Source: a virus
Lineage: Duplodnaviria > Caudoviricetes
DNA length: 64,000 nt
Reading direction: 5' to 3' (one strand)
Virus record (IMG/VR): IMGVR_UViG_3300032330_000989
Location: 1,410-65,409 of that record
The position numbers were made by a program, and so were the translations under genes. The notes under the pieces are model-generated. The model had not been told where the DNA came from. It was given only the letters and a program-made list of their open reading frames with translations, and made no database searches. The stretch's first letter is position 1. Each line of letters starts with the position of its first letter. Below are positions 19,356-27,809 of the stretch, piece after piece.

Positions 19356-20458
19356 GCGTATTTGACACTACTAACAAGTCTGACCACACAAAATCACTAG
19401 CGTTCTTTGACACCAATGGGGGAGTCACTATACAACGCTATGATACACTAAAATATAAGCAGTTTGATAAACTAACTAATCAACAGCTTGGATTCTTTTG
19501 GCAACCGCAGGAAGTTGATATCCTACGCGATGCTAAGGATTTTAAAGATCTAACTGAACATGAACAACATATCTTTACCAGTAATCTAAAGCGTCAGATT
19601 CTATTAGACAGTGTACAGGGTCGTGCCCCTAGTGCTGCGTTTGGGCCGATCTGTTCATTGCCGGAACTTGAAACTTGGTTCACTACTTGGACCTTTAGCG
19701 AGACTATCCATAGTAAGAGTTACACACATATCATCCGCAACATCTATAGCAACCCATCTAAGATATTTGATGAGATGTTAGATATTGCTGAGATAGCCGA
19801 TTGTGCTACTGATATTAGCAAGTACTATGATGAATTAATTGATTTAAATCAACGTTCATCTAGTGGAACACATGCTCATTTGATTCCAGCATCTTATCAA
19901 CACAAGAAGGCACTATGGATGGCACTAATGAGTGTTAACGTATTAGAAGGTATTCGCTTCTATGTATCATTTGCTTGTAGTTGGGCATTTGCTGAAGTGA
20001 AGAAGATGGAAGGTAATGCCAAGATCATTAAGTTTATCGCTCGTGATGAAAACTTGCATCTAGCAGGCACACAGACACTACTTAAGATACTGCCTAAGGA
20101 TGATCCTGACTTTGCTCAAATTGAGATAGAGTGTAAGGATCAAGCAGTAGCACTATTTGAAGCTGCTGTTAATCAGGAAAAGAAATGGGCTGAATATCTA
20201 TTCAAGAACGGATCTATGATTGGTCTTAACTATCAATTGCTATGCGAATACGTTGAGTGGATCGCCAATAAAAGAATGACGGCTATTGGTCTTCCAACTA
20301 AGTACAAGGGAGGAGCAAATCCTCTACCATGGACACAGAAGTGGATCTCAGGTGCTGAAGTACAGGTCGCCCCGCAAGAAACTGAGATAACTAGTTATGT
20401 TAACGGTGGTGTCAAACAAGACGTAGATGAAAAGAGTTTCGCAGGATTCTCTTTATAA
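19334..20458 (+). CDS. nrdB: ribonucleotide reductase class Ia beta subunit (start probably 19352)
   Basis: FFWQPQEV, ETIHSKSY, LEGIRFYVSF, DENLH. Confidence 0.98.
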   Translation: MRELRNMSVFDTTNKSDHTKSLAFFDTNGGVTIQRYDTLKYKQFDKLTNQQLGFFWQPQEVDILRDAKDFKDLTEHEQHIFTSNLKRQILLDSVQGRAPSAAFGPICSLPELETWFTTWTFSETIHSKSYTHIIRNIYSNPSKIFDEMLDIAEIADCATDISKYYDELIDLNQRSSSGTHAHLIPASYQHKKALWMALMSVNVLEGIRFYVSFACSWAFAEVKKMEGNAKIIKFIARDENLHLAGTQTLLKILPKDDPDFAQIEIECKDQAVALFEAAVNQEKKWAEYLFKNGSMIGLNYQLLCEYVEWIANKRMTAIGLPTKYKGGANPLPWTQKWISGAEVQVAPQETEITSYVNGGVKQDVDEKSFAGFSL

Positions 20459-20469
20459 AGGAGAAAAGA

Positions 20470-20730
20470 ATGATAACAGTATATAGCAAGCCTAATTGTC
20501 CCTATTGCGATCGCACAAAGATCTGGCTAGAGCATAACAATCTACCTTACCAGACTATTGATGTTATGGAAGATTCTACTGCATTAGAATTTATCAAATC
20601 ACAAGGACATAAGACAGTACCACAGATTTACTTTAATGGTAGTGTTTTAGTAGAAGGCGGTTATACTGGATTAACTAAGCAAGATCCAAATTCTCTAAGA
20701 GAAACAATTGACCAGAAAGATGCCGCATGA
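20470..20730 (+). CDS. glutaredoxin
   Basis: CPYC and TVPQI; adjacent to nrdAB. Confidence 0.93.
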   Translation: MITVYSKPNCPYCDRTKIWLEHNNLPYQTIDVMEDSTALEFIKSQGHKTVPQIYFNGSVLVEGGYTGLTKQDPNSLRETIDQKDAA

Positions 20731-21041
20731 TAATTGAAAAATTAAAGACAGGTGAAGTACATACTCTTAAGCTAGTAACAGGTGAAGAAGTTATTACTAG
20801 ACTAACTGATGTAGGTGAGACTACTTATAAAGTGTATAAGCCACTTGTATTATCTGTAACACAGACTGGAGTTGCAATGACTCCATTCCTGTTTACAGCT
20901 GAAATTGATGGAAATATTGATATTCCAAAGACTGCTGTTATTGCTCTAGCTATAACTGATAAGGATACTGCGAATCAGTACATTAAAGGAACATCAACTA
21001 TAATTCCTGCTAGTACTAATACGTTTGGTAAAATATTTTAA
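20727..21041 (+). CDS. hypothetical protein, Sm-like fold candidate
   Basis: LKLVTGEEVI motif. Confidence 0.6.
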   Translation: MIIEKLKTGEVHTLKLVTGEEVITRLTDVGETTYKVYKPLVLSVTQTGVAMTPFLFTAEIDGNIDIPKTAVIALAITDKDTANQYIKGTSTIIPASTNTFGKIF

Positions 21042-21328
21042 CCGCCAGCAAACACGTTAGGTGATCCTGCTGCTACTGATGTGCATCCAGTAATAGCATC
21101 ACCGACACGCCCGCATCCTTTACCATTAATGAATACAGTAGTTGATCCTATAGTAATAGGTGCAGTATGATCAGGACAAGGGGATCCCGGGAGTAAATGA
21201 CTTGTATTAGCATCACCTTGACGACTTACTGCTATGCCATTAACAAAAACATCTGGAGAACAACCATCTCGTGTCATTCCGGAACAATGATCAACATCAG
21301 CATCACCTTTTCTAGTTACTGCCGGCAT
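21038..21328 (-). CDS. PAAR-repeat spike tip protein
   Basis: AVTRKGD, VSRQGD and CGRVGD repeats; GSPNVFAGG. Confidence 0.92.
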   Translation of the reverse strand: MPAVTRKGDADVDHCSGMTRDGCSPDVFVNGIAVSRQGDANTSHLLPGSPCPDHTAPITIGSTTVFINGKGCGRVGDAITGCTSVAAGSPNVFAGG

Positions 21329-21524
21329 AGTCTTTTTCCCTTTTCATGAGTTCTTGTAGTTTGTCATTCCATTTTTCAATTTCTTCATGCTGCTCATGTG
21401 TATGTGGTCCTTCTGGTATTTCAGGTAAAAACTGGATAACATGACCGAACACTTCTGGTATATCTTCATAATTAGAATATTCTGTTAATATTCCGTCATC
21501 TTCTATAAGGAATTTATGAGGCAT
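21312..21524 (-). CDS. hypothetical protein
   Basis: coupled to the PAAR gene. Confidence 0.7.
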   Translation of the reverse strand: MPHKFLIEDDGILTEYSNYEDIPEVFGHVIQFLPEIPEGPHTHEQHEEIEKWNDKLQELMKREKDYAGSN

Positions 21525-21573
21525 TAGTTACTCCGCAATAAAAATTATAAAATTATTTATAATAAATATTGTC

Positions 21574-23463
21574 ATGGCAGATCCAGAACCTTCAGTTGAC
21601 AATCCAAAAACAATAAACGTATCCTTTGGTATCAATCATATGATTGAAGATCCTAAAGCTTATGCTATAGAATATGCAGAAGAAAGAGCTATACAGTCTG
21701 GAAATATAATCGTCCTATATTGTGAAGTAACTGATGCAGAACGCAAAGTAAAAGATAATTTTACTGTTACAGCTACTCCGAAAAAAAGAGATACAGATAT
21801 CAAAGCTGCTGATGCCACGACGCCCGAAGGGTTACCGGATAGTAATTCACCGTCTGGTAAAACAACAGTTAATGGTGTAAAGCAAGATGTACCTCTTCCA
21901 AATCCTAGACCACAAACGTCAGCTGCTGAAAACTCACAGTCAAATACCGGAACAAAAGATGCTGCTGACGAACTTGACGGTAAAGTTAATTCTGGTATGC
22001 CAAAAGACCAATTAGCGCCTTTTCTACAAAATGCTCCTAGGCAATTAGGAGGAGTAGTACCTTCTCTAGAGGGCATCATGATGGGCGTACCGCAAGGCGC
22101 ATTAGGTAAATTTACATCTCTACTTCCTCCTGCATTTAAGTCATTATTACCAGTTGGATCAATTGCTGGATTAATAAGCAAAGGACCTGTACAATTAAGC
22201 GGATTAACTAATCTAGTAGCAGGAGCAGCGTTAGGTGCTGTAGCAGGACAAGCATTGCGCAGTCTGACAGGTGGTCCATCTGCTGTATCAGGATTAACCG
22301 GAGCATTAGGAGCGCAAGCAGTTGCAAGAGTAACAGGATCTAGAGCTATTCCTGTTAATGTAGCTAGTACATTTGGTAACGCATTGTTATCCAATGTCGC
22401 CGGAAATGTCGCCGGAAACGTAGCAAGAAATGCGCTAGGATCAACACCAGCTACGGCAGGAGTTATTGCTAATGTTGTTGGAGTAGTAACTAATGTCGCC
22501 CTTAGTAAGGGTAGTGGTATTCCGGTGAGTCCGCAGATATTAGGATTAGCAGCTAACGTGGCATTACGAGCTTCAGGAGTTCCAACTTCTATCCCAACTA
22601 ATGTATTAGGACTAGCATCATCATCTGCTATGAATCCTATAGCATCTTTAATTGGCGGAAGTGTTAGTGGAAGGATACCAGTATTGCCTGGTAATCTATC
22701 ATTACCAAATATGGGAGCATTATCAGGATTATCGCAGAACTTATCTCCAGGACTAGCTGAAAATCTAATACCGCCAAACCAATTACAAGGACTGTTACCG
22801 GGAAATTTACAAGTACAGATTCCTGGAGTACCTCCTAGGGTAAGTAGCGGAAGTCCGTATACACAAAATAGCGTACAATCAAGAAGAGATGCTTCTCCAG
22901 AAAGATCCCCAGATATAGCACCTAATGAAAATGCTGAGAGAAAAAATGCCTTAGTTAAAGGAGCAGGTGGTGCCAGAGTTGATTATGGTATGAAAATATC
23001 AGATAGTTATACATTAGGGGATTTTTGTATAACTCCTTGTATGAGTCCAAACAGAGAATTATCAGATACTAAACTCTTTACAGTAGATCAATTAATAGAA
23101 AATCTATCTTGGTTAGCAGTAAATCTAGTAGAACCAATAAAAAAACAATATCCCGGATTCACAATAAACAGTGGATTTGATGCTCCTAGGGTAGGAAGCA
23201 ATCGAGTTGGCGGAAGTAAACATTTTGAAGGATCAGCTATAGATCTACAATGGCGTGGAGATATGAAAAATTATCGAAAAATGGAAGAAATATGTCAATG
23301 GATAGTTAAAAATCTCCCCATCAGAGCGTGTATATTAGAATGGGCAGGGAATGGGATATGGATACACGTCGATGGCCAGAAAACTAAAGTACCCCAGTAT
23401 TATGGTACCTATAAGAATCATAGTAAAATATCCTCTGGATATTTTGTAAACCCGATAGGATAA
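21574..23463 (+). CDS. virion-associated protein with C-terminal peptidase M15-like domain
   Basis: G/A/L/S-rich middle; INSGF...SKHFEGSAIDL...WIHV zinc motif. Confidence 0.7.
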   Translation: MADPEPSVDNPKTINVSFGINHMIEDPKAYAIEYAEERAIQSGNIIVLYCEVTDAERKVKDNFTVTATPKKRDTDIKAADATTPEGLPDSNSPSGKTTVNGVKQDVPLPNPRPQTSAAENSQSNTGTKDAADELDGKVNSGMPKDQLAPFLQNAPRQLGGVVPSLEGIMMGVPQGALGKFTSLLPPAFKSLLPVGSIAGLISKGPVQLSGLTNLVAGAALGAVAGQALRSLTGGPSAVSGLTGALGAQAVARVTGSRAIPVNVASTFGNALLSNVAGNVAGNVARNALGSTPATAGVIANVVGVVTNVALSKGSGIPVSPQILGLAANVALRASGVPTSIPTNVLGLASSSAMNPIASLIGGSVSGRIPVLPGNLSLPNMGALSGLSQNLSPGLAENLIPPNQLQGLLPGNLQVQIPGVPPRVSSGSPYTQNSVQSRRDASPERSPDIAPNENAERKNALVKGAGGARVDYGMKISDSYTLGDFCITPCMSPNRELSDTKLFTVDQLIENLSWLAVNLVEPIKKQYPGFTINSGFDAPRVGSNRVGGSKHFEGSAIDLQWRGDMKNYRKMEEICQWIVKNLPIRACILEWAGNGIWIHVDGQKTKVPQYYGTYKNHSKISSGYFVNPIG

Positions 23464-23465
23464 GC

Positions 23466-23567
23466 ATGATAGGAGTTATTTCAATTGCTTTAATCGTATT
23501 CTGGATGTATAAGTTAACAACTTACAATTACAATCCAGAACATTTTGAAGACGACAGCTTTATCTAA
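23466..23567 (+). CDS. 33-aa single-TM protein (not in ORF track)
   Basis: MIGVISIALIVFWMYKL... Confidence 0.45.
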   Translation: MIGVISIALIVFWMYKLTTYNYNPEHFEDDSFI

Positions 23568-23654
23568 CACACTGCCCTGACTGTGAAGAGGGGAACTCAC
23601 AACTCGCAAGAGAAAAGTTGGGACAAGACTGGGAGCCCAACAGTGTGTTTTTAC

Positions 23655-23683
23655 TTGACAAAACCGTAACTCTCTGTTATAAA
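23655..23683 (+). promoter_or_regulatory. sigma70-type promoter of tmRNA
   Basis: TTGACA-17 nt-TATAAA. Confidence 0.85.
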
Positions 23684-23689
23684 TAACTT

Positions 23690-24130
23690 ACTGTTGTTGA
23701 TAGCAATGGAATAAGGCGGCAAGACCCGGGGGCAGTACCCGGCGACTCCACCATAAACACACAGAGAGGGTAACATGATAGGACTATTAATGAATTGGCT
23801 CAACTATATCCATGTAGGAGACGTTAGCCAGCATCGTAAGCATACAGGTCGTTACGAAGACTTGTGTATGTGATATAACCACACTGGGGACTTTTGCTCG
23901 CTTTAGAGGATTGGTTCTTACTCCACTCAGTGAGTGTAACAGTGTGTTTATGATGGGGTCGACATAGGATCGATTGGTGCTATAAAGATTGAAGTAGACA
24001 GTCCGGCGCAAGCTCGGTGAACGCAAGACAGACTATAAATGCTAACGATAACTTCGTTACATCTCGTGAACTAGCTCTAGCAGCTTGATTTACATGGGTT
24101 GGCGACTTACCTGGAAACAGAAAAGTCGTA
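23690..24130 (+). ncRNA. ssrA: two-piece circularly permuted tmRNA, alphaproteobacterial type; tag ANDNFVTSRELALAA; outer ends approximate
   Basis: acceptor piece ends CCGGG-GGCAGTA-CCCGG-CGACTCC-A-CCA (23753); coding piece starts GGGGTCG (23955) with G3:U70; tag frame 24041-24088. Confidence 0.95.
23775..23873 (+). CDS. 32-aa ORF inside the tmRNA intervening segment
   Basis: GAGAGGG RBS; MIGLLMNWLNYIHVGDVSQHRKHTGRYEDLCM. Confidence 0.55.
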   Translation: MIGLLMNWLNYIHVGDVSQHRKHTGRYEDLCM

Positions 24131-24262
24131 TTCACGCTCTGGCAGTACAGTGGGAAGTGCAGATCGACAAGACTAGGACGCCGTTCGAATCGGATACAGA
24201 GCAATTATAATATTACATTTGCATAGCTTTTTTGGCTAAGTATAATAGTAATTGAAAGGGAG

Positions 24263-25009
24263 ATGAAAATGAAAAAATATCTGATGGCTCTTGTAGCGTC
24301 ACTATTTTTAACATTGGTAATTACACCAAGTAAAACTATAGCTGCGCCAGAGCTAACTACTAAAGAAGAAATCAAAGCATTCCAGAAGGCCAATGGTCTA
24401 AAGCCTGATGGTATCATTGGTCCTAAGACTCGAGCAGCAATGAGAGGTGAAACAGCACCTAAGTCTAAGAAGACTGCTGTTATTTTACCACCAAGAGAGC
24501 CATGTCACTTCCTAGTCTGGGAAGTAGAATGCAGTGGCAACGTAAGATCTACATTTAATGATACTATTCCAACTAGCGACGCATTTTTACCAAGTTTCAT
24601 AAAGAACGCAAAATCAGAGATTGGGTTAAATGTTAAAAAAGATAGGCAGAAACTAAAGACTGAATTAAGCCAAGCAAATAAGCAGACAGTTGATCCTGCG
24701 TTTATTCCATGGTGTGCTGCTTGGGCTAACAAAGTGCTAGCAGATGCTGGTATACAAGGAACTGATAGCTTAATGGCTCGTAGTTTCCTAGCATGGGGAC
24801 AGCCTGTAAGTGGACCTCCTAAAGTAGGAGATGTTGTAGTATTACGTCGTGGACGTAATAAGTATGCCGGACACGTTGGATTCTTTTATGGGTTTGTTGA
24901 TGACGCCACTGGTATAAAAAAGATAGCGGTATTGGGCGGAAATCAAGGACAGGCTGTAAGCATTAGCTACTACCCAATTAGTAGAGTTATAGCTTATAGA
25001 GCAGCTTAA
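24263..25009 (+). CDS. TIGR02594-family putative cell-wall hydrolase with peptidoglycan-binding domain
   Basis: signal peptide, FQKANGLKPDGIIGPKT, PWCAAW, GHVGF, LGGNQ. Confidence 0.88.
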   Translation: MKMKKYLMALVASLFLTLVITPSKTIAAPELTTKEEIKAFQKANGLKPDGIIGPKTRAAMRGETAPKSKKTAVILPPREPCHFLVWEVECSGNVRSTFNDTIPTSDAFLPSFIKNAKSEIGLNVKKDRQKLKTELSQANKQTVDPAFIPWCAAWANKVLADAGIQGTDSLMARSFLAWGQPVSGPPKVGDVVVLRRGRNKYAGHVGFFYGFVDDATGIKKIAVLGGNQGQAVSISYYPISRVIAYRAA

Positions 25010-25164
25010 ACATCCTGGGTGGTACTATCATAGATAGACTTACTCAGACCCCCTTGCATCCGTGTGAGGGGCTTTTTTTCATTATATGACCATATTATGT
25101 TAAATAAAAGACTTGACAATTATTTCAAGACAAAGTAAAACATATTACAAGGAGAAAACATGAC

Positions 25165-25530
25165 ATGGCATATTGGGGTTATCATCTCGTACTAGACTGC
25201 GCTCACTGCGACCCAGTGGCAATTAACGACTACGATACAATTTATAATTTCGTCAAGACTCTTGTTAAAGATATTGACATGGTTGCATATGGGGAGCCAC
25301 AGATCGTTAGCTTTGGCAGCGGCAATAAGGCTGGGTATACTCTAGTACAGTTGATCGAAACTTCGAACATCTGTGCTCACTTCGTTCCGGATGATCTAGA
25401 GGGTGGCAATGCTATGTACCTCGATGTATTCTCCTGTAAGGAATACGACGATGAAGTCGTTGTAAACTTGGTAAAGAAGTTCTTTGGCGCACGAAAGGTT
25501 CGTGCTTCTTATCTCACAAGACAAGCATAA
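25165..25530 (+). CDS. speD: S-adenosylmethionine decarboxylase, phage type
   Basis: WGYHLVLDC, QLIETSNICAHF, YLDVFSCK. Confidence 0.85.
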   Translation: MAYWGYHLVLDCAHCDPVAINDYDTIYNFVKTLVKDIDMVAYGEPQIVSFGSGNKAGYTLVQLIETSNICAHFVPDDLEGGNAMYLDVFSCKEYDDEVVVNLVKKFFGARKVRASYLTRQA

Positions 25531-25560
25531 TAAGAAGAATAATTTCTATACCAAACTCCA

Positions 25561-25590
25561 GAGGGCTAGGGAAACTTAGCCCTCTTTTTT
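25561..25590 (+). terminator. intrinsic terminator
   Basis: GAGGGCTA/TAGCCCTC stem plus T tract. Confidence 0.85.
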
Positions 25591-25625
25591 CTTGACAATA
25601 TCTACAACGATGTTATTATATTAAT

Positions 25626-25880
25626 ATGAGAGCAAAAGTAATCCTACTGGCACTAAAATACATGGCAAAGTTTGTGTTGAGCATTGCCGCAATGGCAACT
25701 GCTATTTTTATCACAGTAATCGTAGTTAGAGAAGTTACTGGTGATACAGAACTTGGATTCATTATTGTGTTTGGACTGATGGCTCTAGTAGGAGCATTTG
25801 CCACATGCTATGATATGGCTAAATCTAAAGTAGATAATGAGAATCGTGACCTAATGGAACAACTGGCTAGGAAGCAGTAA
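25626..25880 (+). CDS. small 2-TM membrane protein
   Basis: two hydrophobic segments; TTGACA promoter upstream. Confidence 0.65.
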   Translation: MRAKVILLALKYMAKFVLSIAAMATAIFITVIVVREVTGDTELGFIIVFGLMALVGAFATCYDMAKSKVDNENRDLMEQLARKQ

Positions 25881-26461
25881 TGGTAAAAAAGACCGAAGAC
25901 ACTGATTACGCATATAAACTTAATATCTACGATCACGGTATATTCATCTTAAGTGATGAGATCACACACACTAATACAACAGATGCTATTGAATTTATCC
26001 TAGAGTGTAATCTACTCGCTAAGAAGGATAGATTCCAGAATATCACACTAATCATTAACAGTCCAGGTGGTGATCTAACTGCTGCATTTGCTCTTATTGA
26101 TATCATGCAAGGCAGCAGGATCCCAGTACATACACTCGGACTTGGACAAGTTAGCAGTGCTGGACTATTGATTTTCATGGCTGGTAAGAAGGGCTTCCGC
26201 ACACTAACTCCAAATACAAGCATCTTAAGCCACCAATTTAGTTGGGGGAGCGACGGCAAAGAACATGAGCTAGTTGCTGTAATTAAGGAGTTTACACTCA
26301 CTGGCAAGCGTATGTTAAACCATTACATAAAGTGTACTGGCATGACCGAGAAGAAAGTCAAAGAAGTATTGATGCCAAGTTCCGATGTTTATCTTGACGC
26401 AACCGAGGCTGTAAAGTATAATATCGCAGATAAGGTAGTTAATACATACCTCAACAAATAG
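25880..26461 (+). CDS. divergent ClpP-like protease
   Basis: INSPGG, GQVSSAG (Ser), ILSHQ (His). Confidence 0.85.
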   Translation: MVKKTEDTDYAYKLNIYDHGIFILSDEITHTNTTDAIEFILECNLLAKKDRFQNITLIINSPGGDLTAAFALIDIMQGSRIPVHTLGLGQVSSAGLLIFMAGKKGFRTLTPNTSILSHQFSWGSDGKEHELVAVIKEFTLTGKRMLNHYIKCTGMTEKKVKEVLMPSSDVYLDATEAVKYNIADKVVNTYLNK

Positions 26462-26469
26462 GATCTATC

Positions 26470-26880
26470 ATGAGTATGCATCTTGTGGGGCCGTATCTTA
26501 CAACTACGAAGTACGGCTCTAAGAAGAAGAAATCAAATTCAAAGCGTCTTGCTGAATCTGAGGCTAAACATAATGCTTGGTTGGCTAAGCAGGGTCTTAC
26601 CCCCAATCAGCTTAAACTAAAGAAAGAGTTCGTAGGAAATGTTAGAATCAATACTAGGCCAGATCTTACCACTAGTAATCCTTATCAACTTAGCAACAGC
26701 GTTGGTAACGGTTTCAAGAAAGGCATAATGGAAAACCTCCACAAGGAGGCTCCTGAAGTACAAAAAGAAATCATGCTTAAGGCATCACGTTGTATGCCAC
26801 TTTTCAATAAAGGTGGTTTGCAATATTTGACCCCAGGTGAGGACGTGACCCAAGTAGGTAGCAAGAGTAGACGCGGATGA
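26470..26880 (+). CDS. conserved hypothetical phage protein
   Basis: MSMHLVGPYLTTT; PLFNKGGLQY. Confidence 0.75.
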   Translation: MSMHLVGPYLTTTKYGSKKKKSNSKRLAESEAKHNAWLAKQGLTPNQLKLKKEFVGNVRINTRPDLTTSNPYQLSNSVGNGFKKGIMENLHKEAPEVQKEIMLKASRCMPLFNKGGLQYLTPGEDVTQVGSKSRRG

Positions 26881-27116
26881 CCAAACCTGCTCCTATTATC
26901 CCAGAAGGGACATGTCCTCATATCGATCATGTGGTCCTTATGGTAGATGAACTTGAAAAGCATCTAACCGGTGGGGATAAGAAATACAATGAGATTATCA
27001 TTGAAACTATAAAGAATGAGATGGAACTAATACGTAGGGCAAATGAACTCTTGCGTGAATCCTCTTTCTTTTGGTATACTAAGTGTAAACGATTAAGCCC
27101 TAACTCAGATAAATAA
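26877..27116 (+). CDS. hypothetical protein
   Basis: ATGA overlap; CPHID motif. Confidence 0.65.
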   Translation: MTKPAPIIPEGTCPHIDHVVLMVDELEKHLTGGDKKYNEIIIETIKNEMELIRRANELLRESSFFWYTKCKRLSPNSDK

Positions 27117-27137
27117 TACAAAAGAAGGATAACCACT

Positions 27138-27800
27138 ATGGCTTCAGGATTTCAGAATAACCAAGATCAATTAACACCTAACTACTATAGAATTACTATC
27201 GACTTATCGAGTGGATATAGCACTACTGCTACAGATAATGATAGCGGCGGAGTTGAACCATTTGATTTTACTAACTTTGATACCCTAAATACTACAGCAG
27301 ATAATTCACGTCGTAGGGCCCGTGGAAATATACGTTGGAATGCTATCCTAAATCAACTACAATTATTTGCTAACGTTCAGATACTTGATGTTACAGTATT
27401 AACTGGTGGTAATGCACAAAATGATGCTGATGATGTTGCCGCTAGCGTAGCATTTACTGTTGGATATGTCCAGGAAGCATATGTATTAGGTGGATGGCAA
27501 AAGACTATTGAGGCTGGAACATTTAGCGATGGAGCACAAACTCTAGTATCTGCGAACTATGACGTATTATCTGCATTTGATAAAGCAGAGAATATGGAAT
27601 ATTGTATCCGTGAGGCTGTAACACGTGGTATTACAATTGGCGGCGCTAGTGGTTATACCACAAGATATAAGACTTACAATCCAGACGATAACAACCATAG
27701 AGAAGAGCAGATTACTGTTACACAACCAACAACTCCAAGTGATGTATGGGATAATGTTGGAGTATCTATTGTAGATGCTATGACACAAAATAATTTCTAA
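27138..27800 (+). CDS. hypothetical protein, possibly structural
   Basis: TAAATA and AAGGA upstream. Confidence 0.7.
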   Translation: MASGFQNNQDQLTPNYYRITIDLSSGYSTTATDNDSGGVEPFDFTNFDTLNTTADNSRRRARGNIRWNAILNQLQLFANVQILDVTVLTGGNAQNDADDVAASVAFTVGYVQEAYVLGGWQKTIEAGTFSDGAQTLVSANYDVLSAFDKAENMEYCIREAVTRGITIGGASGYTTRYKTYNPDDNNHREEQITVTQPTTPSDVWDNVGVSIVDAMTQNNF

Positions 27801-27809
27801 GGAAACCTA

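Noticed and set aside
17061-20458. Introns or inteins in nrdA/nrdB
   Set aside because: Lengths and motif spacing are typical; no insertion is evident.
21660-22394. Long antisense or alternate-frame ORFs (e.g. 2327..2764, 21660..22394, 59713..60351)
   Set aside because: They are shadows of well-supported genes with biased codon usage, with no RBS or motifs.
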